DNA from: Massalongia carnosa
Taxonomy: Eukaryota
DNA length: 64,000 nucleotides
NCBI GenBank assembly: GCA_965645245.1
Contig: OZ287076.1
Span: forward strand, 620,001 to 684,000
Reading direction: 5' to 3'
A program made the translations under genes and the position numbers. Each line of letters begins with the position of its first letter. The stretch's first letter is position 1. This document shows, in pieces, positions 25,228 to 39,518 of this stretch. A model generated the notes under the pieces. It searched no databases and was not told the DNA's origin. It saw nothing but the letters and a program-made list of their open reading frames with translations.

Positions 25228-26768
25228 CTACGAGCTTTTCAAGCTTGGGAAGGCGTTCTCGTCCGCGACGTTGACGGAGCCGCCGTCACGCCCGCCACCG
25301 CCGCCACGACCGCCGCGGTAGTCGCCGCCACTACCACGATAACCACCACCACCGCGAAATTCGCCATCACCTCGGCCACGATATCCATCGCCACGACCTC
25401 TCCCTCCGCCTCGCCCTCGATCGCCGCCACGGTACTCGCCTCGGCCGCGTCCGCCTCTGCCACCACGATCTCCACCACCACGCCCGCCAGATGGCTCCAC
25501 GTACCGCAAATCAACGTCCAAACGGTTCTTCTCCTTTCGCTGACGTTCTCGTTTCTCCTTACCGCCTTTACCGGCGATGTATTCATCATCCTCATCATCT
25601 TTAGAAAAGGCTTTGGCCTCGGCCCATTTCTTGTCTTGCTTACTGCCTTCGTTCGGCTTCCGGGCTTCCTTAAGCCCTTCGCCCAGCTTAAGTTTCTTTT
25701 CAGCTTGCTCAGCGAGGTAATCAGCGTATGACCTGCTGTTGTCTTCGGGCTCGGGCTCTGCGGCCGGCTGCGTTGCGCCAGCGTCAGAGGTAGCTTCAGG
25801 CTTTGTCTCATCACCTTCTGGCATCGCGTTTGCAGAGCTGTCCCACGTGCCAGCTGCGGCGTTTTCTGTAGCATCCCATTGGCTTGCTCCAGCTGCTGTT
25901 CCAGTTGCATCCGTGTTGTCCCATCCCGCCGGCTCTGCTGCCTCTTCAGCTTTCGCAATGGCTTCGCCTGCCTTCTCGTCGTTCCATTCCGAAGTCCCCG
26001 TCGGAGCTCCCCAAGATTGATCGGCTTGCTTTATGTGATCACTAAGTAATGGGTGTTAGTGGCGTATAACCGAGGGGCGGAAAATACAAACTTCGGTAAA
26101 CCACGATTATGTCGGTCGCCCCGAGCTCCTCCTTTACCACCACGGCTTCCACGGCCACCACGGCCTCCACCTTCATAGCCAGAATTACGTCCTGTATGAT
26201 CGGGATGACGGTCTTGGCGAAGACCATCATCGGTAGGTTTGTTGCGATTATTCACTGATCCGGCTCCGCGATCATTGTACGCTTGATTTGTGTTAATAAT
26301 GATAGCAATATAAAAGCTTCAGATCTCGAGGCAAATGATGTACACAAGATAGATTGTCTGGGATAATGGGTGGCAGTGTACCTTCATCGTTGCCGGAATA
26401 TCCCCCGCGACGTCCACTACGTCCACTACGATCACCTCCGGCCCCTCCCCCACGAGATTCCCCTGGTGCGGTCTCTGGAGCATTTCGTTTACTTGTCCGC
26501 GGTAATGGCTTATCCACGACCTTGGGAGGAGGTTCAGGTTCCTTGTCCGAATCCTCGTCATGATCATTGCCTATTGCGGTCAGATATGCCAGATGAGCGG
26601 GTGAAGTTGATTCTTACCGAGCAGTTCGTAGAGGTTCTATTTGGGGTCAAGGATTAGCAATTACCAAGCTTACCATAGGTGGAAGTGTCATGTCCAAAGA
26701 TCGGGAATCTTTTATGTGGGCCATGACTTGTGGATGGCTTCTCGTACCTTTGATTTCACGTCCGTCAT
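25228..26768 (-). CDS. STM1: Stm1/SERBP1-like ribosome-preservation RGG protein, multi-exon
   Basis: MTDVKSK|NLYELL|GND N-terminus, DRH motifs, SWG, SYADYLAE, RKPNEG, RGG tail and terminal FPSL. Confidence 0.9.
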
Positions 26769-27012
26769 CACGACCAACCACCACTGCCCTCTTGCGAAGG
26801 CTTCCCTGATTATCGCAACACTGCGCGGTGAAGATTCAAATTCAGAGCGACTAGATCCTGCACGAGGATCTGGTCTCTCTCTTGAGGTTTGTCGCGATGC
26901 TGCGGTTCGTTAAGATAGAGATAGAAATTGAAGGAGTTCTTGAAATGTGCGCATTTCGGTTTAGCGAGAGCGGATACCGGGACGCGTATCTGGCAGCCGA
27001 CGCTAGGGAGTA

Positions 27013-28788
27013 ACGTAATTTACCCTCATTCGGGTCAGCCCCCCACCCCATTAAAATCTAGCGACCGAAAAAAATTCTATCCTGTTTATCCACCACCACC
27101 ATATATTTATCTATTAATTGTAGATAAAATGTCCATTAATATGCCTACAATTGACTCTGCTATTAGATTACAGTTGGCTATCGAAGAATTAGCCAAAAAT
27201 CCGGGCATTCGCAGCGGGAAATAGCGCGCCTTTACGGAGTTCCTCAGTCGACTTTACAGGCCCGGCTCAAAGGCAGCAAAACACTATCATCAAGTCGCCC
27301 AAAGGCTATCCGTCCACGAAGAACAGGCTCTGATTGATTGGATAGAGCGGATGACGTCATGGGGTTGGCCGCCTCGTATCCAACATTTGGAAGGCATGGC
27401 CAGAAGTCTCTTGAACGCCAAAGGGGACAAAAATCCGTTGGGTCGTCATTGGTATCAAAAGTTCCTGAAAAGGCATCCCGATTTCAAAATCAAATACAAT
27501 AGAAACCTCGATCAATCCAGAAAGGACGCTGGTAGTCCCGAAATTTTGCGTGATTGGTTCGAATTGTACACGACCACCTTGGTCAAATATGGGATTTCAG
27601 ATGAAGATACTTACAACATGGATGAAAAAGGCTTTGCTATGGGCATCGCAGACAGTTCGAAGGTCATAATCAAAGGAACAACAACACCATTCAATGTGCA
27701 TCCGGGAAATAGGGACTGGGTTTCTCTTATTGAGTGCATATCATCCCGCGGAACAGTTCTTCCGGCTTATATCATTTTCCAAGGTGCCCAAGTTCAACCT
27801 GCATGGTATGATGCCATGGAGACGAAGGCAGATACCGTTCGGGTCAGTCCCAATGGTTGGACGGATGCGGAGATAGGCCTTCATTGGTTGCAAACGGTGT
27901 TCAATAAGCATACAAAACCTGAACGAGGCATGTATAGGATGCTAATTGTAGATGGCCATGAGAGTCACGTCTCCATTCCTTTTATGGAGTTTTGTGCCCA
28001 AGAGAAAATCATACCCCTTTGTTTGCCACCACATTCAACTCATTTATTGCAGCCCCTGGATGTCGGTGTTTTTGGCCCTTTATCTAAGGCCTATAAACAA
28101 CTCGTTTCCAGCCAATCACGTTACGGGGCTGTGACTATTTCTAAGCTAGATTTTTTGCGCCTTATTCAGGTGGCTAGGAAACAGGCCATTACTACTACTA
28201 ACATCATGAGTGCATGGCGGGGGGCAGGCCTCATCCCATTTAATCCAGGGCATGTTCTAGGCAAGTTGCCTAGGCCTATCACACCTCCTACCTATCCAAA
28301 CACCGTCACCGATGCCCCCCAAACGGAGCAGCGAATCCAGGAAGTCAGCGATGCCCTTATATCCTGTATTAACTCCATCTCTTCGCGCGCATGTTGAGTT
28401 GCTTAAAACAACTGCTTTGAATGCCGTCGCTGATAGGGTTATTCTAAGACACACCAATCAAGAACTGATTGATAAAAAGGCTCAGGGACGTCAAAAAGCA
28501 TCCAGAAAGGGGGGTGTTAAAGCGAGGGTGCTGACTGTGGGTGAAGGGCAGGCGATTGCGGAGGAAAAACAAAGGAAGAAGCATTGGCCAAACAAAAGGA
28601 ACGGTACCATGCTTTAAATGGTAAAGTAAAGTTCGCAAAGGCCGTATGGAAGGAAATGCAGATGGATAGTGATGTTTTTAGTTAGTTTTGGGGATGGTGG
28701 AAGCAATGTAATATTTTTTTTTGGTGGGGTGACCCGATTGGGTGGCTGACCCGAATGGGGGGCTGACCCGAATGAGGGTAAATTACGT
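27013..28788 (+). mobile_element. Full-length pogo/Fot1 DNA transposon (1776 bp), perfect 33-bp TIRs, TA TSD, frameshifted transposase
   Basis: TA|ACGTAATTTACCCTCATTCGGGTCAGCCCCCCA at both ends; HTH region plus YNMDEKGF, NGWTD, IVDGHESH, LPPHSTHLLQPLDVGVF. Confidence 0.95.
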
Positions 28789-29249
28789 TAGCTTGCATAT
28801 CCAATACCGTATCATTTGTACTGTGTACCCAGTAAAGAGTATTCAGTACGGATACAGAGTATAGAGTCCAATGGCCGCCGCTCTCCCTTCCACTCCTCAC
28901 TCTTCAAATCCATGATCGTAGGAACGTACTGTGCTGCTCTGTACTCCGCACAAGAAACGCAATGAGATATCACAAAAAGTTTATTATAATTTGGTCGGCG
29001 AGACAGCAACGTCCTCGTGCAGCGACCATTGTTAAAATACAAGGTGCCAGCACCTAATTACCAAGTAAACCGTTCAAAGTCCTCCAAACCCCGAAGACAA
29101 GACCGATGACTTGGATATACCTTTTCGGTAGCCTTCACGTGACACCTCACTTTTCTGCAATGCCGCTCAAGCTAACCCCAGAGAATGTATAGATAATAGA
29201 AAGGAGGTATAATAAAGCCCTAGGCTCTCAGAATCGTCCGCTCTGAATC

Positions 29250-30661
29250 TCATCTTCTCATGGAACTTTCCTGAAAAGTGAATTGGGTGGGGAAATGCAT
29301 GCTTGCAGTGAGTCCGAATGGATCTGCATCTAGCATTGGGTCATAGGAATCATACATCTGGTTCACAGGGCTGTATGGAACCTGGTTAGGATCCAGGACG
29401 TGTGAATTCGGCGGCGGGTGCATTGGTCGCAACGGTTGCATTGGTGGTTGACCTGGCATGCCCGGCGGAAGCTGCTGGCCTGGAAGAAGGGAATGATTGT
29501 TGAACGACTGCGGATATGGTCCTGGGCCAACCGGTTGCTCGTTTGGATCGTGATCTTCAAGCATGTCCGCATGCGCATCGTATTCCTGTTCTAAAGCCAC
29601 GCGTTAATCCCAGGACGGACAAGGATAGAGCACACCAGGCCTTGGAGAATAAGGGGCGGGATAGCTTGCCAAGTTGCTCGATATGAGTTTGGAATGGAGA
29701 TGGGTAGTAGCTCGCCTGATTGCCACCAGTGTTGCCCATCTCGCTGCTTCTCCTTCCATCTCCGAGACGAGGAGTCATGGGTTGCATAGAAGGAATCGCT
29801 GTCGAGCTGGAATGCCTCGAATGGCCCCTGGATACCTGGCTTCGAGACTTGGACGACTGCTGTGATGACGCCTGAGCTTGGATGTCTAGGCATGGGGAAG
29901 CCAATCCGCCTGGCACAAGAGACACTGGAGATTTAGCCGACGCCGGTGAGAGAGTCTGCGGGCGAGACGATGTCTGTAGCTGGGGTGACTGTTTGGGATT
30001 TGTGCTTGATGAAGACGAAGACTTGAGAGCAATTTTTGCCATGGAACCTATCGTGGAGCGACGAACTTGGTTTGGCCGATTCAGGACGCTCCTCTGAAAG
30101 GGAAATGGTTGGTGGACTCCGGCGGAGGGGATACTGCGCGGTCCTGGGTGAGGCCCATCGGTCTTCGATTTTAACTCTGCTTGTACATCAATACCTGCAT
30201 CATCGTCAACCCTTAATTCTGTCTTCAGAACAGTCTAGCTTTACCCTTCTCCACCAAGATGCGTTCCAGAAGAGAATTTTTATATCGAAGCATCAAGCAC
30301 TCATCCGCAGCCGAGCGATGGCTCTGTTGAAGGTTTTGCAGAGTGTCTTCATGATGCTTTATGGTCGTTTCCAACTGTTTGATATACTCGGTCCGTCGCT
30401 CTCGAAATGCAGCTTGAGCCTGCCGATTCCTTTGCTTTCGTTCTTCCGATGTGGCATAGATCTGAAATGTACAAGTTAGTAGAGACTAGGTCTTCTCTCA
30501 CGCTCACGGCGTACTGGTTTTCGTCCGCCTTTGCGTTTCTGAACCTGCGCATGCTCTTGGATAAAGTTTCGTTCATCCGGTTCTGGGGAAGTCTCGGAGA
30601 ATGAAGCCTCATCGGAGTGCTCAGCCTTTGGAACTGTTACCAAATCCTCCACATTGGACAT
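29250..30661 (-). CDS. bZIP transcription factor (fungal AP-1/Fcr3-like basic region), 4 exons; N-terminus uncertain
   Basis: QKRKGGRKP|IYATSEERKQRNRQAQAAFRERRTEYIKQLE..ECLMLRYKNSLLERILLEK; C-terminal DADPFGLTASMHFPT; last intron is GC-AG. Confidence 0.85.
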
Positions 30662-33600
30662 GTCAGACTCAAGCGTGGCTGAACCACCACCCAGAATGTG
30701 TTTTGAGTGACCAACAACAGTCCCATTCAGGAAAGGCGCCAGGGTTCGATGCAGGTCAAGCCACGCGCTTGACAACTCTTCTGGATCTGGTCCAGATGCT
30801 GCTTAGCTACGTACGACCAGGCGTAGAAAGGAGTCAGTCAAGGCCGTCAAGAGTGATCCCAAAACGAAAGTCTTAGATAATGAAAATGAACAGCGTAGTT
30901 ATGGATAAAAAGATAGCAGCCAACTCCTAGTCTTGTGTTAGGTGGAGCGAATCCGGCACTCGGAGAGATTTGTAGGGCATGGCATCGGTTTGTGGGGTTG
31001 GATCGCCATCCATGGCACCCTCTGCATCAATACTGCAGATTGCAGGAATACGACGCAGGTCTGATCAGGGGGTTTGGCAGAATTTTTGGTCACTTGAGCA
31101 CGTCTCCACCAAATATTATTATACGGGTTTGAGGGACAAGCCCTCAAGGCCTTGGGAGGGGACTTACTAGTTGCAAGGACCTTTGGCGCAAGGATGGGTT
31201 CGCTTGTAGGCAAAGAGCTACGACGGGGGCGAGGCCATGAGTGGCCCAGTTAACTTCATCGTGTCTGGCATAGGATAAACTACCCTGATGCGTCGTAGTT
31301 TCACGCCGTTCTAGAAGGAGTGACGAAGTTTTTTTCCGCGCTTTTGATGTGCATCTCCTAGGAGAGGTGGGAATTGGAAAAGCCTCTTTTAATTCCGGGG
31401 CATTTGATTGATCGACCCTTTGGGCTGGCTGCTGAGAGCTGACTCTTTGGCACCAAGCGGAGCAGTTATTGCCGCCAACCTATGATCTTGTTTACACCAC
31501 TTTCTTGATGTTCATTGGTTCCATGGAACATCCCGAGCGAACCACCAGTCTTTGAGTTCGCGGCTGATCACTTGCTTTCTCTGCTGGGATTTCCTCCCTT
31601 CGACAACACCACTGTTGCTTTAGCCGTATTGGCAACGGCAAGATGAGTCCGTTCCCTTGGCTCACCCATTTTTTTTACTAGCCATTGGATGTCAGTACTT
31701 TTCCAGTCGAGCCTTGACCTGATTTGTGGTGGGGGGGATCGGACGAAATGTACCGTCTTACTTTCCTTTCGCAGATTTCGGGAGTGTTCTCTAACGGGTA
31801 GCCTGTAATATCATCAGAACGGAAGGATTTTCCATCCACAAAACGGTTGGGTCTGTCACATCTTCACGTAAGTCCTCTTTCAACAAGAGGCATGGGACAT
31901 ACGTAATGGTACAGTTCAGTGTACAGAATAATATCGGATGACTGAACAATGCCGAGAAGCCGAAAAGAGATAGACAGGTGTCGATGCAAGGTCTCTCATA
32001 GTCGATTTACCAAGACAATCCCGACAACCAGAATCGTCGATGATGGGGCGAGAGGCTGATCAGGGATCAGGCCCACTTACAAAGTCCAGACTAACTGAAT
32101 AGGTAAAGGGTACCGAGGCCTGGGCTAGGCTTTCTCCTAAACAGGCAAGCTTCGAGAATGAGTAAAGAAGCCAAATGGAAGTTCCGAGGAAGAACGCCAC
32201 GCGATGCCCCCCCAATGTGTTCCTCAATCCTTCGACCATGAACTTGAATTCCCCCACAATCCTCCCGCTTTGGACCATGATCTGCCTTGCGTCATGCCCA
32301 TGTGTCCTACATGTGGTTGCACCCACAAACCTTCCTTGTACATTCACACCATCCACCCGAAGTTTCAAGCGGGCGGATGGAAAGAATAAAGCGTCACGGC
32401 ACGACGGAAAGCAAAAGCAAAGAGCAATCTCCTACTAGCTATTAATCAGTGGAGTCCAGCTCGCCCAGCTCTCCCATTTCACCTATCCCTTCCTCCATGA
32501 ATCTTCCAAAGGATCCTTGTTCAAAAAGAAAACAAAAACGCCCTCGATGTAGAAGAGCTACTTGTTGAAACTGGTTATGGCGCTGACCTGCTCAACCAAC
32601 TATTGAAACTACTTCCATTCTTGCGCAATACGTCAAGGGCGCTTTCGATCTGTTTTAGCTCTGCCGCGTTGTGCGTCAGCCTAACAAGCTCCAAACCTTC
32701 AATCTGTTTCATCCCGTTGCACCGCATGTGGAAAACCTACCTGACTACAACGAACTCCTCCATACCTCCGAGACTCGCTCATACTCGATTCGCAAAGAAA
32801 GTCCATCGTCAGCCTCGCCATCGTATATAAGGTTGAAACTGCACAAGATGGAATTTACAGGCGATTTCGATTGCGGCAAGCTGCAAGACAACGCATAGCT
32901 TATGGTCACCAATCTCGCTGCATGGACGGGAACGGTAGACTTGTTCTGAGTTCGTCGAGCGTCCTGCAACCGAAGTTTTGAGATAAAGCTCCCCAAAATG
33001 AGCAAAGCGTCCAGATCTGCTGTCGCCTGCCTATGTAAAAAGATGATTGCCGCTCCAGCATCTCCCTCTCTTTGGCCGCATTTAGGCCCATTTCCTACTT
33101 ATGAATGAGGCTGAGGTTGTTGCTAGCATGATGCTCTCCGCCATACGGCCGTAGCGGAACACGTGGCTGAAGAATAGCGGTAAAGATGTCTAGACTACGG
33201 CGTATGTTGCATACCTCGTTGCTGCCACAGTGGAAATCAGCCAGATGAGACGACGTGCTGCAATTCAGCCCGAGCGCCAATCAGTCTGGCGTATTGCCCA
33301 GTTGACGCACTCGTATCTAGCATGGACCAATGCAGGTGGACAAAGTTCACTAGCTACATCGATCATAGGCATGCAAATGCAGAAAGAGGTCCCGTGGCTC
33401 TGTGTTCCGCTTCTGAATCGACAGGTGCCGGTGTAGTCACAGCAATTTTTTCCGCTCTCTTACCCCAGGTTTCGAACTGTCTATTCCCTCACCAAATCAG
33501 TTCGCCTACAGCCAGACACATCTCATCTCCATCAGCAAATAGAGGACCGTGCTATATGAATTTCAGTATTCTTAAGGATCCATTACTCAGGCATGCGACT

Positions 33601-36600
33601 AGTGCTAAGCGTTTATCTTAAACCTATTGGATATGTGGATGGTTTATACAAGTTCCGTTTCTTGATTTGCCAGCTCGGTTGCTAGGTACTGCCTGACCGA
33701 CAGACAGACATTTCGCTATCACGTAAAAGGCTTGCTGTTCTCGCAGCTTTGAGTGTTTCTACTACTGACGATTATTCAAGCTGGCTTTCACCCATTGCAG
33801 ACGATATATCTATCCATACTTAAGGGAGTTGCACAACGGCTGATCAGGAGAGTTGTTGACACTCAACCTCTTCTGTATATGAAAAATCCTCTTCCACTGC
33901 TGACCAACGAACCGTCTGACAGATTTTCGCTTCCAAGACTCTATTTGTTACTAGTTTACTGGCACTCTGCTTGGTTCTGCATGTAAAATTCCATGGCATA
34001 GCTTATAATCTACAGCCGCAGCTATTCCGGCCATGAAAACTCCGTTGCCGGACAGCAGATTGCCGCCTTTCTACCTGCTTGCGTGCGTTACAAGTATTTC
34101 TTCGCTAAAGGCAGTTTCTATAATTTCGATACAGCTTGCTCCAAATGTCATTTTACTCGGATGTCTATGCGGAAAACTATGTTGAACGCCGGGACCCCTC
34201 CATGAGCGAAATGCAACCTTCAAGCTAAAGCACCAAAGGCTATCAACAAGCTATGCTATGAGTTCGTTGTGACTTAATTTAGAGTATAAAGGACACTGGC
34301 TCCTGGCCGTCCACTGTCGTCGACTTCACGACTCCCCAAAACTGCTTCCAACACTTTCCCTCGTGTGAGCACTTTGATTTCTTGATGGTGTAACTGGTAG
34401 CGACGTTTCATGCAGGCCTTTCTACTTTAAGCAACTCAGAATTTCGGTTGTAAGTACGCGAAGAAAACTTATCTATATATCTCCATTCAGTCTTATCGAA
34501 CTTCTCTCCATCTGTCTACTTTTGTTTTCCCTCCACTCTCCTCATCATTCCTCCCTCAGCGTTTCTTTACCTAGCATCATAGTCCTAAACCCCCTTCTCC
34601 ATCCCCTTAAAACCCAGCTAACCACCACTCCCTCTTCTCCTGCAAATATCATCGTCCCCTATTCAAGTCAACGCATTCTAATCTCCAACTAAAGAATCAT
34701 CAAGTGGAAAACACATTACTGCAGAGCATAAGAGTATAAAATGATAAGATAAGACTGAAAAGGATACTCGAAAGGAGAAGAGGAAGGAGAAGGAGGAAAT
34801 ATTGGGCTTCACAACAACAACAACAAGAACCACCCACTCAATCCCCAGTCCTTCCCAAACTTCCTATTCGTTCATCCATTCATTGACTCTACTTTGCCCT
34901 ACTTACATTTCTACCTACCAAGGAGACGACCCTCACTCACCGCGGCAAGAAAGGAAAGGCATGGATTTTTAAAGATAAGAACTTTTGTAAGCTCAGTTGG
35001 AAAGGTGGAAGATATGGTTTTTGGTTCTGTTCGGAAGAAGATTGAGAGGCTGAGGTTTCGATAATTTGACTTCATCTTGATCTCCTAACTCTCGCACTGT
35101 TTCATCTCGCCCACTCTGTTATCCTCTCGTTTCCTTGACAGTGTTTGGTTTTAGGGCTGTATTGTTCGTTTGCGTTGCGCTGTCTGACTTTTCAGTAATT
35201 TCTTTCTATATATATATTTTCTGGTTTTTATTCGTCGGTTGTTTCTCTTATCTCTTTGACTTATGCAAAACTAATTGTAGTAAAAAGGGAGACGATCAGT
35301 TAATAAAATGATTTGGAGGAAGGAAAGAAAAGAGAGGAAATGAAGATGAATACGGACGAAATACAGAAACCGTTCAAGAAATTGAATAGATTCTGTTTCC
35401 TTCAGGTCATGGAGTGGGATGCGAGAGTAGTTGATAAGTAAAGCATGCGGATTTAAGGAAATTAGAGAGAAGAAACCGAACGCTTTGCTCCCATATCTTG
35501 AAACCCCCAAGATTTACTCTCATAGATATTACTCAGCTTCATTGTTTTTGTTATTGAGATTGGGAACTTTCTAGATTGGTAGACGATGATTGCTTTCAGC
35601 GCCTAATTTACTCGGATAGATAGGTAATACCTTAATTCCCCTCTCTTTCCTCTTCTGATTCATTCTTTCACTTCTTCCTCTTCCACCTTCTTAGAGTAAC
35701 CTCTATCAAGAAAAAGAAATAAAGCGGCGAAAAGCAGAGAACTCATAAAATGGACTGAGAAAGATATAGATATTTTTACAGAAATGATTGACATTCAACA
35801 TCTTTTGGTATCAGCCTCGAAATCAAAAATTGAAGAAGGGGACTGCGAGGATTATCTAGCCAGTGAGAAAGTATTTATGCAAGATAGACGAGGATGTAGA
35901 AAACCTTGCCGGGGGAGGAGAGTTGCGATTATGAATTTTCGGAATCTAGCTGTCAGAAAAACAAATAAGTAAGCAAGCATAAGAAGAAATGACTTTAACA
36001 ATAAAAAAAAGGAGAAAATCGTTAAACCTGCAGTTAGCTTGTTTCAACATCGAGCGCTAAAGTTCTTTCGGCTTTCTAGTTTCCTTGATGAAGCAAGAAG
36101 AAAAAGGTACGTGTTTGTGAATCTATGGGAGTTCCAAGAAGATCGTTAAGTCGACTGTCGTTTGTTTCTACGTTAACTTACCCTCTCCATTTCCCTTTCC
36201 GTTTCTCGTTCTCGTTTCCTCTCCCACTCTCATCTCATTTCTTTCAAAGACGTAAGAAATCATATATTCACATCATCATAACGCCCCCCCTCCGCCTTTT
36301 CTCTTACCAATCGGAACTGGTTCGCACAAAAACAAAGATCAGAACCAATGCATGTAGGTAGACTTCCCAGAGTCGAGGGTTTTGGGTTGGGGGGTGGTAC
36401 ATTTTGTACCAGGAAAGAGGATCAGAGGGGGGGGGTTTTAATTTTTTTTAGGAGATGAGTAGAAGGGAAGAAAGAAGAGCAGAAGGCTACCTAATGGGGG
36501 GTATGGAGGTAAAGGAGTGGGGAGTGGGATTGACAAGGTAGACAAAGGGGGATATAAAATAAGAAGAGAACGAACGCGAGGTGCGACACAAAGGGGTGAT

Positions 36601-36837
36601 GATATATGGAGGGAAGGAAAGAAATAGACAGGGGGGGTGGATTCTGGACATGAGATGGCTGGAGTGGGGGGGGGATGTGTAAGGGAGGAGGCGGGGGGGG
36701 TAAGGTAAAAGCTGGGATTTGAGAGGTATGAGAGTAAATTTTCGAGAGATGGAAAGTCGAACTTCTACCGGAAAAGTAGATACCCGAAATAATTCCAACG
36801 GCGCTTTCGCAGATATATCATACTACCCACCAAAGTC

Positions 36838-38635
36838 CTACACCGCCCTCCATCTTCCCACCACCTTATCCAACCACATACCGGCTCCTTGCGCGAATCG
36901 ATGCCCCCACCAGAAAAGCACATACGGCACCGGTGCATACCCCACTCCGCAGCACCCCAAGACTATCAGCGCCCAGCGGACGCCTAGCTTCCGCCACATG
37001 CACGGCGCCACCTCGACCATAATACCGGCAATAGCGTACCGCGTAAAGGTGTTGAAGCTCAGCGCGGGGCCGGCAAAGCTCCCATACGGGTGGATGATGT
37101 ATTCGCAGCCGGCCATGAACATGCCCAGCATACCGTAGTCTAGCAGCACCGATGCGGCGAGCGGGGACCAGGTATTGATGACCTGGGTGTCGGTCCAGGC
37201 CATCCAGAAGAGCGTGGCGGGCACGGCTAGGGCAGACACAAACGCATACTAGAGCCATGACTCGGGGTGGACGCTGTCGTAGCCTTGCTGGCAGGCCTTG
37301 TGGTGGTAGTATTGCACACGCAGGGTTATCATTGGTAGGGTCGCGGATGAGATGAGCAAGCTCAGCGCGATACCCGCAAAAAATAGTGCGGTCTTGCCCT
37401 CCGATGAATCGTGAATTGCGCCTAAGTGACCGAACATGTACTTGTACCCGCCGAGGAAGGTGAACATAATGACCCAGATCAGAGTGAGCCAGAGGATCAA
37501 CAAAATCAAGATAGGTTCCTTGACGGCGATTTGGAACGGGCGACACACCATTCCTTGGATGCGCACGCGAATGGGCGGGTGTAGAGACTGGCTTCGGTTT
37601 GGTAGCGGGCATCGCCTGTGACGGCGCGTAGGTGCCGGGTTTTCCACTGCAAAAGAATGGGGGGACGTCTCACGTTGGGAAAGCACAATAAGCAAGAGTA
37701 CAAGACCAGCGGCACCTAAATCGGTTCATTCTGTCCATCGCCAACTCTCACGTGTGTTTGCACTAATGAAGCCTCCGACAACAAAACCGATCGCAGGTCC
37801 CATGATACTAATAAAAGTCAGAGAGTGAAAGTATGGCAGCAGATCTCAATGAGTGGGTTTCTTACGCCGCGTTGGCAAAGATAGGAAACGCGTATATTCT
37901 TTCCATCGGAGAAAATAAGTCTGCTATCGAAGCACCGCCGCAAAGCCAACGGCGCTGATCCGAAGAAACTAGCGAGGAACTGGAAAGATCGTTGGAAGCC
38001 GATATTGGGCGATAAACTGGAAGCCATGATGCAGATCATATAGAGTCTAGCTGGTAACAAATAGGAAGTCGGCCGAAATTTTCCGACGGAGGGCCTACCA
38101 AGAGCGCACCGATACTAAATCCAATAAGAAACAAACCTGAAGTCCGTTAGCTATAGTTGGAGTAATGTTGACAATACCTACCAATGGTCAAAGACTCGGT
38201 TACCTCGCTGGAATCGAAGCCTCGGCGGACTCGGCTCAACGCCGCAGAGTCAATCGACGATGCGATACCGAGTATAGACCCGTGGAGGTAAATTAAGAAT
38301 CTTTGATGCGCATGCGTTAATGAGACTTGAGCAATCGGGATGAGAGGTTTACGAGTAGAACCTACATGGCCCATAGCCTAAGCGATTGTGTCTCGTTGTT
38401 GAGCCCAACTACATACATCCATATATCATTATCTTCTGCTGTTTACCAGGGTTATCTCTTGACTAATCGTAGACGCAGTGGGCGAGAGAGGCATATTTTT
38501 TGCTGTATTAGAAAACCGAATCGAACTACCGCCTCTATTACCCACGCTATTGATAAAAGAGACATTGCTGGCTCAGCTTGCCTGGTCGAAATCCCTCTTC
38601 TCAGCTTGGGGGCGTTCATTCCCTCCTGGTCTCAT
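36838..38635 (-). pseudogene. DHA1-family MFS drug/polyamine transporter pseudogene
   Basis: Fragments ILGIASSIDSA, SLTIG, FFGSAPL, GPAIGFVVGGF, RPFQIAVKEPI, PESWL, WMAWT, GYAPVPYVLFWWG lie in different frames with stops and frameshifts; start approximate. Confidence 0.75.
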
Positions 38636-39518
38636 ATATCTGCCTGAGTCATCCTTCAAGGTTTTGATATTGACGCAGCTTTGCATTTCTTTCACGACTG
38701 CGGAATTGAAGAACACATAGGAGGAGAGAGATGAACATAGTGACCCTTGCAGTTAATGTATCGAATAGATAAGAATCCGCCATGCTCGTCTACCGAGTAT
38801 CTACAAGACACCAAGAAAAAATGACAGTGGGCACAAACAGCGCCACGCAGATAGATGTGTACATTTCTTTAGCTCTCTGGACCGCTTCGAGGCATGGACT
38901 CTGATGAATATATCAAACTCAAGTATTGATCTACGTAATTCACGTCCTTGCTTCATCATGATACCATCACTGCGCACCAACTGCGCACAACTGGCGACAA
39001 ACTGCAACATTGCCGCACAATCATGCATCACTTTCCACTTTTATCGACGAAATCCGCTCTTGGAGAGAATGTGAGACTGCATAAAAGTAGTCAAGTGGCG
39101 AACTGAACGCATGACAAGACTCGATCTTATCTAATCGGGTTGTACAGATATATTCTGACATAGACTGATGCATGAGAACAGAGGAAGGTTAGGGAAGAAA
39201 AGTAAAATGTCGATATCTGCACGTGATCACTCAAGAGGAAAACGTGTCTCCTTATGAGATCGTCACGTTACTATCTCAGCCTTGGGCTTACTTGGGAGGA
39301 CCCGCAAATGGAGTTAATCCTAATCAGGAAAATTAAATATTTATCGCTCGGAAAGTAAACAAAGTGCAAACCCACATGTTGATAAACACGTCATAGCAGA
39401 TAGATCCCGCCCACTTTCAAAAAGTTCAAGTTTTCTCATCTTAAAGCCACATTGACTGGAGGCGCATGCAGTGAGGACTTCCAACTGAAAACATTCTGTA
39501 CAGCAAACCCTTGGCGCC

